From a virus (taxonomy: Duplodnaviria > Heunggongvirae > Uroviricota > Caudoviricetes): 19,466 nt of DNA. Numbering within the stretch: the first letter of the stretch is position 1; the number at the start of each line of letters is the position of its first letter. This document shows positions 1 to 6,799 of the stretch, in pieces. The DNA lies in the IMG/VR virus record IMGVR_UViG_3300010430_000005, positions 1 to 19,466 of that record; one strand, 5' to 3'. The notes below the pieces were generated by a model. The model did not search any database. It was not told the origin of the DNA and worked only from the letters and a program-made list of their open reading frames with translations. A program made the position numbers and the translations under genes.

Positions 1-2
1 TA

Positions 3-431
3 GAGAAAAGAATTTCGCCCAAAGGTCGACGTACAAAATACTACAACCATGCGAACGACGAAACATTATATCGAGCTGTACACCACAACCATCCTTCTAC
101 AGTATGGACAAGAGAATCGGTAGAAAACTATTCGTGGCATTATCAACATTTCCTAAGTCTATGTGAGGAGTATACCTATAGGTACGGTAAAGTTCATGCG
201 ACCTACACAAAACTACATGATGTTCTTGCCAAACCTCCAGAGAACATTCCTAATGTTCCCGAAACGCCATTTAAACTTGCTATGGGTAGCAATCCAGAAT
301 GTATGGATCATAAAGACCCTGTGAAGTCATATCGAAGTTTCTACAAAACCAAACAAGACAGATTCAAAATGGTGTGGTCAAAGCGAGAAGTTCCCGATTG
401 GTTCGACCAAAAAATTCTAGAATGTTGTTGA
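3..431 (+). CDS. Pyrimidine-dimer DNA glycosylase family protein (DenV/Pyr_excise-like), 5' partial
   Basis: Manual translation of frame 3 gives ...HHNHPSTVWTRESVENYSWHYQHFLSLCEEYTYRYGKVH...YRSFYKTKQDRFKMVWSKREVPDWF. This motif pattern is typical of the phage pyrimidine dimer glycosylase family. Stop TGA 429-431. Not in the ORF track because the start lies outside the window. Confidence 0.75.
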   Translation, partial: EKRISPKGRRTKYYNHANDETLYRAVHHNHPSTVWTRESVENYSWHYQHFLSLCEEYTYRYGKVHATYTKLHDVLAKPPENIPNVPETPFKLAMGSNPECMDHKDPVKSYRSFYKTKQDRFKMVWSKREVPDWFDQKILECC

Positions 432-456
432 CACATAGAGTTTAGTAAGTTAGTGT
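428..456 (+). promoter_or_regulatory. Sigma70-type early promoter
   Basis: TTGACA-N17-TAGTGT upstream of ORF 483, with the GTTGTTGACA context that recurs through the window. Confidence 0.6.
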
Positions 457-482
457 TAGACAACACTAAGGAGAATGTATAG

Positions 483-818
483 ATGCAACAAGCACTCGAA
501 ACACTTATTGAAGAAATCAAAGCAGACTACTATGCATACACCGTCCGCGATGGGGATTACGACAACATTAGCGAAACTTCGAAAGAAATGATTCGAAAGT
601 TTAACGACAGTATTTCCATTAAAGAAGGTCGCAATTACTTCAAAATTATCTCCAATAAAAGCGTTTGGGGTTTTGTTGTTAAAAAAGCAGACGACAAGAA
701 ATTCAAACAAGGCGATATTCTGAAAGCGGCGGGGTGGTCGGCGCCCGCACGTAACCATGCAAGGGGTAACGTTTTTGGAGTGTACGAAATCCAGTGGACC
801 GGCCCGAATTACATGTAA
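483..818 (+). CDS. Conserved hypothetical phage protein (111 aa)
   Basis: RBS AAGGAG. The motif KYxKI...VWGFV...GDILKAAGWxAPARNxARGN recurs in T4-like phages. Confidence 0.85.
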   Translation: MQQALETLIEEIKADYYAYTVRDGDYDNISETSKEMIRKFNDSISIKEGRNYFKIISNKSVWGFVVKKADDKKFKQGDILKAAGWSAPARNHARGNVFGVYEIQWTGPNYM

Positions 819-831
819 GGAGACGAAAATA

Positions 832-930
832 ATGATCGAGCAAGAATATGATGGTATGCTAGCAGTTTTTGGTTTTTCTGAACCGTTTGACTGTTGGGAC
901 TATTCTGACCTAGACCAACCTTACTATTAA
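832..930 (+). CDS. Small hypothetical protein (32 aa, MIEQEYDGMLAVFGFSEPFDCWDYSDLDQPYY)
   Basis: AAGGAG at 817-822, ATG 832, TAA 928-930. Confidence 0.5.
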   Translation: MIEQEYDGMLAVFGFSEPFDCWDYSDLDQPYY

Positions 931-946
931 GATGTGCTGCGCTCTT

Positions 947-954
947 TATAAATA
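947..954 (+). promoter_or_regulatory. T4-type late promoter
   Basis: TATAAATA directly upstream of dps. Confidence 0.75.
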
Positions 955-984
955 AAAAGAATACACATTTTAATGGAGAAAAGC

Positions 985-1413
985 ATGGAACAACTAATTG
1001 AGACAATGAAAGTGGTATTAGGCACCTCTACTGCATTGTATATAAAGGCCCAAAATTATCACTGGAATGTAACTGGTCCTAATTTTGCAGAATACCATAA
1101 TTTCTTTGGTTCATTCTACGAAGAAGTTTACTCTTCTGTAGACACAACTGCTGAAGAGATCAGAAAATTGGGAGCCTTTACTCCTGGATCTTTAGAACGT
1201 TTTCTAGAACTGTCTATTATAGAAGAAGAGAAGTCTATACCCACACCTGACGTTATGTTTGCTAGGTTGGCTAATAGCAACGACGCTATGCTACGAGTTC
1301 TTTACGAGGCTTGCGATAGTGCAGAAGAGATAGGTGCTAGAGGTACTGTGAATTATCTAGAAGAACGTATCGGAATACACGAAAAACATGCTTGGATGCT
1401 AAAAAGTTTCTAA
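985..1413 (+). CDS. dps: Dps/ferritin-like DNA-protection protein
   Basis: KAQNYHWNVTGPNFxEYHxFFxxFYEE...DxxAEEIRKLG and terminal HEKHAWML are Dps signatures. Start 985 is preceded by GGAG; alternative start 973. Confidence 0.92.
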   Translation: MEQLIETMKVVLGTSTALYIKAQNYHWNVTGPNFAEYHNFFGSFYEEVYSSVDTTAEEIRKLGAFTPGSLERFLELSIIEEEKSIPTPDVMFARLANSNDAMLRVLYEACDSAEEIGARGTVNYLEERIGIHEKHAWMLKSF

Positions 1414-1430
1414 AAAGACAAAAAAAGATG

Positions 1431-1460
1431 TTGACAACAGCAACAAACCTGTTATAAATA
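1431..1460 (+). promoter_or_regulatory. Composite early/late promoter for tRNA array 1 leader
   Basis: TTGACA 1431-1436 and TATAAATA 1453-1460. The same geometry occurs at 18391-18420. Confidence 0.75.
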
Positions 1461-1488
1461 AACAAGTATATTAACGAGGAATTTAAAA

Positions 1489-1554
1489 ATGACTATTTGC
1501 ATGTATGAAATCTGGGAACAGTATTTTATTAATCTTGAGGGGGCTCGAGACTAA
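1489..1554 (+). CDS. Putative attenuator leader peptide 1 (MTICMYEIWEQYFINLEGARD)
   Basis: RBS GAGGA 1476-1480, ATG 1489, TAA 1552-1554. Codons 3-14 all match tRNAs of the array immediately downstream. Confidence 0.8.
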   Translation: MTICMYEIWEQYFINLEGARD

Positions 1555-1588
1555 AGTCTATATGCAAATAGATTTTAATTTTTTAACA

Positions 1589-1617
1589 CCCTCTAAGGAA
1601 ACTTAGGGGGCTTTTTT
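1589..1617 (+). terminator. Intrinsic terminator (attenuator) directly before tRNA-Cys
   Basis: CCCTCTAAG-GAAA-CTTAGGGGG followed by CTTTTTT. Confidence 0.85.
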
Positions 1618-1690
1618 GTTGGCGGAGCAAGATTGGTAATGCGCGGGATTGCAAATCCTTGAGGTATCGGTTCGAGTCCGGTCGCCAACT
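1618..1690 (+). tRNA. tRNA-Cys(GCA)
   Basis: Acceptor GTTGGCG/CGCCAAC, loop TTGCAAA, T-loop TTCGAGT, U73. Confidence 0.88.
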
Positions 1691-1710
1691 CTAAAACATA
1701 AGGAGAGAAA

Positions 1711-1815
1711 ATGCAGTGCAATTGGCTAAAGTTAGGCGGTAAATGGTATTGTTCCCATTGCGGAAATCAAGTTAAGGGTAGCCATAAAAAGGTCTGCCTT
1801 TTAAAAAATATGTAA
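1711..1815 (+). CDS. Small Cys-rich protein (34 aa, CxxC)
   Basis: RBS AGGAG; MQCNWLKLGGKWYCSHCGNQVKGSHKKVCLLKNM. Confidence 0.55.
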   Translation: MQCNWLKLGGKWYCSHCGNQVKGSHKKVCLLKNM

Positions 1816-1821
1816 TATTTT

Positions 1822-1893
1822 GGTGTTGTAGCTCAGCGGTAGAGCAACAGACTCATATTCTGTCGGTCGTAGGTTCGAATCCTACTAACACCA
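1822..1893 (+). tRNA. tRNA-Met(CAT), probably elongator
   Basis: GGTGTTG/TAACACC acceptor, loop CTCATAT; lacks the initiator GGG/CCC anticodon stem. Confidence 0.85.
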
Positions 1894-1902
1894 CTAAAAC
1901 AT

Positions 1903-1974
1903 GGCCCCATAGATTATGGGTTAGATCACCTCCCTTTCAAGGAGGAGAATCGGGTTCGAGCCCCGGTGGGGCTA
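1903..1974 (+). tRNA. tRNA-Glu(TTC)
   Basis: CCTCC-CTTTCAA-GGAGG anticodon arm, full cloverleaf. Confidence 0.9.
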
Positions 1975-1980
1975 CTAATT

Positions 1981-2066
1981 GCGAGAGTGGCAGAGTGGTC
2001 GATTGCGGCGGACTGTAAATCCGTTTCTGAAAAGACGCGCTAGTTCGAATCTAGCCTCTCGCACCA
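1981..2066 (+). tRNA. tRNA-Tyr(GTA)
   Basis: GCGGA-CTGTAAA-TCCGT, long variable arm, CCA encoded. Confidence 0.92.
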
Positions 2067-2069
2067 TAT

Positions 2070-2143
2070 AGTGGATTAGCTCAGGTGGTTAGAGCGAAGA
2101 GCCGATAACTCTTAGGTCACTGGTTCGAGTCCAGTATCCACTA
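2070..2143 (+). tRNA. tRNA-Ile(GAT)
   Basis: AAGAG-CCGATAA-CTCTT; AGTGGAT/ATCCACT acceptor. Confidence 0.9.
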
Positions 2144-2156
2144 CTGAAAATATTTT

Positions 2157-2230
2157 GTGTTAGTAGCTCAGTCAGGTAGAGCACTCGGTTGAAGCCCGGG
2201 GTGTCGTTGGTTCGAATCCAACCTTTCACA
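2157..2230 (+). tRNA. tRNA-Phe(GAA)
   Basis: CTCGG-TTGAAGC-CCGGG; acceptor stem has two U.U mismatches. Confidence 0.78.
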
Positions 2231-2235
2231 CTTAT

Positions 2236-2309
2236 TGGTAGGTAAGGGAATTGGTATACCTGTCGGTTTTTGGTACCGAAGTTTGTGGGTTCGAGGCCCA
2301 CCCTACCAG
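2236..2309 (+). tRNA. tRNA-Gln(TTG)
   Basis: TCGGT-TTTTGGT-ACCGA; U1-A72 and G73 as in Gln. Confidence 0.82.
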
Positions 2310-2314
2310 CTTAC

Positions 2315-2388
2315 AGGGGCGTGGTGTAACGGTAGCACGACGGCTTCCAACTCCGTTAGTCCGGGTTCGAAACCTGGCGCCCCTGCCA
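2315..2388 (+). tRNA. tRNA-Trp(CCA)
   Basis: AGGGGCG/CGCCCCT acceptor, loop TTCCAAC, G73-CCA. Confidence 0.88.
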
Positions 2389-2423
2389 ATAAAAGAAATG
2401 TGCTTCGCACGTTCTTCGAACAC

Positions 2424-2451
2424 AAACCGATCATTCATTTGGTCGGTTTTT
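2424..2451 (+). terminator. Terminator closing tRNA array 1
   Basis: AAACCGATCA-TTCATT-TGGTCGGTTT followed by T-run. Confidence 0.65.
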
Positions 2452-2647
2452 CTATGACAACAAAGGTTCCTAAGACTGAAAATAAAACGAACAAAAATAA
2501 GGTACTATTACTTTCCGCCGTTGTATAAACGAGTTTAACATCATTCTCAAATCTGTCAAGCATAAAATAACCTTTTTTTCCGCTTGTGTTTTGGTATTTT
2601 TTATGTTAAGTTACGAAATAATGAAATACAAAGAAAGGTTATATATT

Positions 2648-3010
2648 ATGTGGGTTTTTATGAATGATGCTTTCTTCTCGATTGTAGAAGATTATCAAGT
2701 TCCCGAGCAGTTTGTTATCCGTGCTCGAATTAAAGGAGATCTCGAAAACGCGTTTGGGGTAGCGCCGAGTGAAGTTATCGTAGATGCAGGTACAGACTAT
2801 AAATTTCGAATTTATGCTGATCGAGAGTTTGTTGCTAAAACTATGCAAAATCATGTTATGGAGATCGACTACGATAATTTTAAAGATTCTATCTCCTTTA
2901 AGGATAAAGAGCGTAAGCTGTATTATTCTAAAGTCTGGGCTGTAATGAACACTTGGCAAGAAAAATTGTATGGTGTGCGAGATTGGTGGACTCAATACCG
3001 TCAGCGTTGA
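2648..3010 (+). CDS. Conserved hypothetical phage protein
   Basis: Start reassigned to ATG 2648 (GAAAGG RBS); MWVFxxxAFFSIV...VIRAR..DL...DYKFR...IDYDNFK pattern. Confidence 0.8.
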   Translation: MWVFMNDAFFSIVEDYQVPEQFVIRARIKGDLENAFGVAPSEVIVDAGTDYKFRIYADREFVAKTMQNHVMEIDYDNFKDSISFKDKERKLYYSKVWAVMNTWQEKLYGVRDWWTQYRQR

Positions 3011-3013
3011 TAT

Positions 3014-3021
3014 TATAAATA
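3014..3021 (+). promoter_or_regulatory. T4-type late promoter
   Basis: TATAAATA upstream of the 3056/3543 operon. Confidence 0.75.
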
Positions 3022-3055
3022 AGCGGAATACTCATTATATAGAGGAGCCGTTAAA

Positions 3056-3541
3056 GTGACGTACAAAGATTACATCAAAGAGCAGATGTCTTTAGTAGAA
3101 GCAGCCAAATTCGACAATTGGGTAAAGCCTTCTACTAAAGACATCGAATTAGAATACAAAATAGAATATCAAATGAAACCCCTGAAGCAATTGACCAACG
3201 ACGCTTTTCCTGAGTTGGAAGATTTCAAAAAGGCCGTTAAAGCTGCGCGTGTCGTTGAAGTGACGCCTTCTATGGATCGTAAAATCCAATATAGAAGCGG
3301 GACCAAGACTAAAGAGCAACTATTGGGTTTAATCCGAGGTTACGCGTCATATCCTGAATTCCGCAACGAAAAAACAATAGATGCCATTTACCAAGGATTT
3401 GCGTATAATAAGCCAATGAAGATGCCGTTTGTTGTTAAGTTTAAAAACGGCGACATGAGGATCATGGGCGGCAATACTAGAATGGATGTCGCTTTCCAGA
3501 TGGGTATTAACCCTAAAGTGCTTGTCATAGAGGTTAAGTAA
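3056..3541 (+). CDS. Hypothetical late protein, possible ParB/Srx-like fold, capsid-targeting-like N-terminus
   Basis: RBS GAGGAG, GTG start; IMGGNTR resembles the ParB/Srx motif; begins MTYKDYIKE. Confidence 0.75.
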   Translation: MTYKDYIKEQMSLVEAAKFDNWVKPSTKDIELEYKIEYQMKPLKQLTNDAFPELEDFKKAVKAARVVEVTPSMDRKIQYRSGTKTKEQLLGLIRGYASYPEFRNEKTIDAIYQGFAYNKPMKMPFVVKFKNGDMRIMGGNTRMDVAFQMGINPKVLVIEVK

Positions 3542-3542
3542 A

Positions 3543-5600
3543 ATGCAAAAGAATTTTAAAGAATATATAGAAGAGTCACTAAATAGCCCTTTAGAATTCT
3601 ACATGACTGATGATACAGACATGCCTAGAGAAATCTATGCCGCCTTAAATCTAGACGGCACCGATTATGGTTTTTCTCTTGTGTTGTCTAAAACGGAAAA
3701 GGTATATCTGTTACACACATATAGAATTCTGAACGGTAAGAAAAGATATTGGTCATTCAAGACTAAGGTCGATATTCGCCCAGTTTTGTCGACTTCGTTG
3801 AAGTTCGTAGAGGCGTGTATGCCGTTCATACAAAGCAAAATGGATGGTATAATAATAGGTATGCCTGGAGGTAAAGATGCCGCAAAATACCAACGATTAT
3901 TAACTCTCGCACTGAAGAAAACCTACATTAATAAGTTCAAGGTTGTTCCGGTTAAGAAGCTTTCTGATAAAGTGGTTCCTAAGCTATTCATCATAAAGAA
4001 GTCAGTCGATCCTGTTAAGTTGTTTAAGTCTCAAATAATGTCTAAGTATTTTGAGATTGTTCCGAATGCTTCTAATTTGGATGAAGTGTTGACTGACGAG
4101 GTTGTCGATGATATCGCCAAACCTAAAAAGAAAATGAAGCCAAATGCATCTACAACACCTTCGACAAAATATAGTTTCTATGGACTCGAAACAGACACGG
4201 ACCATTCAGATGAAAAAGTTCAAGCTGTGTTTGATATGCCATCATCTGCTGATTTTGTTGACCACACTAAAAACACAGATGAGAATCTAGATGTAGAGTT
4301 GCCTGTGTTTGATACATCGAATGTTGGTATGTTTGAAGCTATGGTTGCCCTTACTGTAAATATGCCTAGTATGTCAGCCAAGATTCGAGAAAAGGGGTTT
4401 GAAGAGTCGGAGTTTAATAAGGACAATTTCAAATGGGTTTTGGGGAAATTGGACAACCCTGCCATGAAAGATATTTTGTCGGTTGTAGGTCTTTTCGACA
4501 AAGTGTCCGGAAAATATGCAGAGCCTGAAAAGTTCATACCTTTGTTGAAGAAGTACGCTTCTGAATATAAGAAAACTATAGCAAGTAGCGGAGATTATGA
4601 CCCCGCATCTATTGATGTGTTGTATAAAATGGGGGAATACAATGAAAAGCTAAAGCAGAATTCAAACCCGAGTTTGAGTTCAAATATCCAAATAAAGAAA
4701 GAAGCTACCGCAGTTAAGATATCGGATCTTAAATCGGGCGTCCCGGGCAATTTAGCGCCCGAATTTGGCGACGATGGTGCATTTGATGTCAGCAGTCCGA
4801 TAAGTGAAATTAAAGAGTCTGTAACATGGTTAACTAAGACATACGAAAAAAGCCTAGACGAATTAGCTAACAACGACTATGGCACTTATTCTCATGTCTA
4901 TAAATATACTGGATCCAGCTACGATTATTATAATGATAGAATTAGGGAATCTGTCCAAGAACTAGCTACATCTTGGTCGGCTACAGGTGACGTCACGGAA
5001 AAAGTAATAGCTAACGCCGCAAAAAAGGTAATCGACGAAAGCCCTCATGTCGTTGATATGTATCGAGCATTTGAGAAAGTGATTCCTTCGCCCGAACCGC
5101 TATGGACGTATAGAGCAGGTACCATACCTGAAGAACTTGCAAATCTGATAGAGCCCGGATACGAGTACGTAGACCCTGCTTTCTTGTCTACTTCTTTGAG
5201 GCGCGACACTTCTTTCGGTAATAATTTGAGGTTAGCTATCTACAACCCTAAAGGAACAAAGATGTTGCCTATGTTAAATAGGTCTAAACACTCTATCGAG
5301 AAAGAAGTTATCCTACCTCCTATGTCTTTACTGAAAGTAATAAGGATTGACAAGGCAGAATATGGTCGTTATATACTTACTTGTGTTAATATGGGATCCC
5401 TAATGGACTCTTTCTTAAACAAAGCAGAATTAGCCGAACAAACACAGTTAAATATGATAGGAAGGTACGCAATGGCATTTAGCGAAGAAAAGAAAAAAGA
5501 AAAAGAATATGATCCTGACGGTAAGTACTCTTCAAATATTGACGATACTTTGAGTAAGGCTCTTATAGCTGCTTTGAAAAGAGCAAAGAAGCAGAAATAA
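3543..5600 (+). CDS. alt: Alt-like ADP-ribosyltransferase (C-terminal VIP2-type ART domain)
   Basis: R-S-E triad: LWTYRAG, FLSTSL, EKEVILP. Size 685 aa, late promoter, N-terminus MQKNFKEYIEE. Confidence 0.8.
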   Translation: MQKNFKEYIEESLNSPLEFYMTDDTDMPREIYAALNLDGTDYGFSLVLSKTEKVYLLHTYRILNGKKRYWSFKTKVDIRPVLSTSLKFVEACMPFIQSKMDGIIIGMPGGKDAAKYQRLLTLALKKTYINKFKVVPVKKLSDKVVPKLFIIKKSVDPVKLFKSQIMSKYFEIVPNASNLDEVLTDEVVDDIAKPKKKMKPNASTTPSTKYSFYGLETDTDHSDEKVQAVFDMPSSADFVDHTKNTDENLDVELPVFDTSNVGMFEAMVALTVNMPSMSAKIREKGFEESEFNKDNFKWVLGKLDNPAMKDILSVVGLFDKVSGKYAEPEKFIPLLKKYASEYKKTIASSGDYDPASIDVLYKMGEYNEKLKQNSNPSLSSNIQIKKEATAVKISDLKSGVPGNLAPEFGDDGAFDVSSPISEIKESVTWLTKTYEKSLDELANNDYGTYSHVYKYTGSSYDYYNDRIRESVQELATSWSATGDVTEKVIANAAKKVIDESPHVVDMYRAFEKVIPSPEPLWTYRAGTIPEELANLIEPGYEYVDPAFLSTSLRRDTSFGNNLRLAIYNPKGTKMLPMLNRSKHSIEKEVILPPMSLLKVIRIDKAEYGRYILTCVNMGSLMDSFLNKAELAEQTQLNMIGRYAMAFSEEKKKEKEYDPDGKYSSNIDDTLSKALIAALKRAKKQK

Positions 5601-5636
5601 CCAGAATCTAAGATTTTTGGTATTCTTTTAAAACCA

Positions 5637-5695
5637 ACACAACATATTGTGGTTTATTTGTAATATAGCACATGTAAAACCACAATATGTTGTGT
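5637..5695. repeat. 19-bp perfect inverted repeat with NrdR-box-like arms
   Basis: ACACAACATATTGTGGTTT (5637-5655) / AAACCACAATATGTTGTGT (5677-5695). Confidence 0.8.
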
Positions 5696-5722
5696 CTAAT
5701 TTTTGTCACGTATAAACTACAC

Positions 5723-5917
5723 ATGAATTTCCCTTCTATAGAAACAAAAGAAGATTATGACGAATTCAAACAGGCTTTTTGGTGTTGGTTTGATAGTCTT
5801 TCGATTGAAGAGAAGAAAAAGTTCTGGTATTACGGCGAAGATATAGCGGAAACCAACTTTTTCTTTAGATTTTTTTCAAAAAAGATAGAAGAAAACTGCT
5901 TCATCTGTTATAAATAA
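5723..5917 (+). CDS. Hypothetical protein (64 aa)
   Basis: MNFPSIETKEDYDEFKQAFWCWFDSL...; weak RBS. Confidence 0.55.
   Translation: MNFPSIETKEDYDEFKQAFWCWFDSLSIEEKKKFWYYGEDIAETNFFFRFFSKKIEENCFICYK
5909..5916 (+). promoter_or_regulatory. T4-type late promoter for array 2 leader
   Basis: TATAAATA. Confidence 0.75.
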
Positions 5918-5945
5918 AAACATATTTAGAAAGGATAAAAATTCG

Positions 5946-6035
5946 ATGTTTACGATAACAAGACTCCCTGTGCGCTCGAAAGGTGGATTATCAAATCCGT
6001 CTAACGATACGCTATTGCGAGGTTATCTTAAATAA
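5946..6035 (+). CDS. Putative attenuator leader peptide 2 (MFTITRLPVRSKGGLSNPSNDTLLRGYLK)
   Basis: RBS GAAAGGA ~5929-5935, ATG 5946, TAA 6033-6035; contains antiterminator TTGCGAGG 6015-6022. Confidence 0.78.
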   Translation: MFTITRLPVRSKGGLSNPSNDTLLRGYLK

Positions 6036-6061
6036 TCATATTTAGATTATGTATTTGGTAG

Positions 6062-6094
6062 GCCTCGCAAGTTTTTTAACTGCGAGGCTTTTTT
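6062..6094 (+). terminator. Intrinsic terminator (attenuator) before tRNA array 2
   Basis: GCCTCGCA-agttttttaac-TGCGAGGC then TTTTTT. Confidence 0.88.
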
Positions 6095-6207
6095 GTTGTT
6101 GACAAGGAACATTCGATAACGTAAAACACATTTGTTGACGAGACGAAAAGAATAAGACACGTGATAGTGTTTAATATTTAGATTCTCTAGTTAGCAAAAA
6201 AGTTGTT

Positions 6208-6236
6208 GACAAACTAAACAGACTTAGTTATGTTGA
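6208..6236 (+). promoter_or_regulatory. Sigma70-type early promoter (near-duplicate at ~6823-6851)
   Basis: AAAAAAGTTGTTGACAAACTAAA.AGACTTAGTTAT occurs twice; TTGACA-N17-TATGTT. Further TTGACA at 6099. Confidence 0.65.
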
Positions 6237-6289
6237 CGAAATAACGTAGACATAAGATGTTTACACGCTCTTTGAAAATTTGGTATTTG

Positions 6290-6510
6290 TCTTAGACTTA
6301 GGTCGATAATAGACTGAAAACAAAAACTACAAACCGATAACGTGTTCGGTAGTTTTGTTAGAGAGATCAAGTAAGGATATCCTGTAAATCTTGATTGAGA
6401 AACTCTGTTTTCATATGATCTTGGTATTTCGAGCGCATATGAAAATGGAGATTGGTACTGATCGGACGGCAAGGTCAGTTAAATAGCCCTAAAGATAAAG
6501 TCTGGGAATA
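6290..6510 (+). ncRNA. Candidate multibranched structured RNA
   Basis: Closing helix 6292-6299/6497-6504 with four internal hairpins; no convincing ORF. Confidence 0.45.
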
Positions 6511-6534
6511 GCCTAACACATAAGACTGTTTTGT

Positions 6535-6608
6535 GGGTCTATAGCATAATTGGTTAATGCAGTCCGCTCATAACGGAAAGATTCTTGGTTCAAGTCCAAG
6601 TGGACCTA
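6535..6608 (+). tRNA. tRNA-CAT, likely Ile2 (lysidine type), copy a
   Basis: GTCCG-CTCATAA-CGGAA; Ile2-like body; acceptor extended by a 13-bp flanking inverted repeat. Confidence 0.8.
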
Positions 6609-6626
6609 CAAAACAGTCTTAATTAT

Positions 6627-6705
6627 GGCCACGTGGTGAAATGGTAAACACAGCAGACTTAAAATCTGCCGCGCGAGCTTGCCGGTTCGAGTCCGGCCGT
6701 GGCTA
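6627..6705 (+). tRNA. tRNA-Leu(TAA)
   Basis: GCAGA-CTTAAAA-TCTGC, variable arm. Confidence 0.92.
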
Positions 6706-6712
6706 CTAAAAT

Positions 6713-6799
6713 GGAGAGGTGGTAGAGTCTGGTTTATTACAGCGGTCTTGAAAACCGCCGGACCGCAAGGTCCCCAGGGTTCGAATCCCTGTCTCTCCG
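6713..6799 (+). tRNA. tRNA-Ser(TGA)
   Basis: GCGGT-CTTGAAA-ACCGC, long variable arm, G73. Confidence 0.92.

Noticed and set aside
832-930. Third attenuator leader
   Set aside because: No terminator or antiterminator follows; a late promoter and dps lie downstream
2089-2528. ORF-track entries overlapping tRNA array 1 (2089-, 2232-, 2235+, 2251+)
   Set aside because: They are translations of tRNA genes or their antisense strand, with no RBS
4002-4873. Minus-strand ORFs inside the Alt-like gene, and similar shadows at 456, 2639, 12843, 15411, 15761, 17031, 17749, 18626
   Set aside because: Antisense shadows of well-supported plus-strand genes
6311-6504. Possible group I intron (AGACTG and AAGATAAAGTCT resemble R/S elements)
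   Set aside because: P7 is imperfect, AAGTCT is better explained by pairing to 6292-6299, no P3/P4-P6 core or interrupted exon is visible
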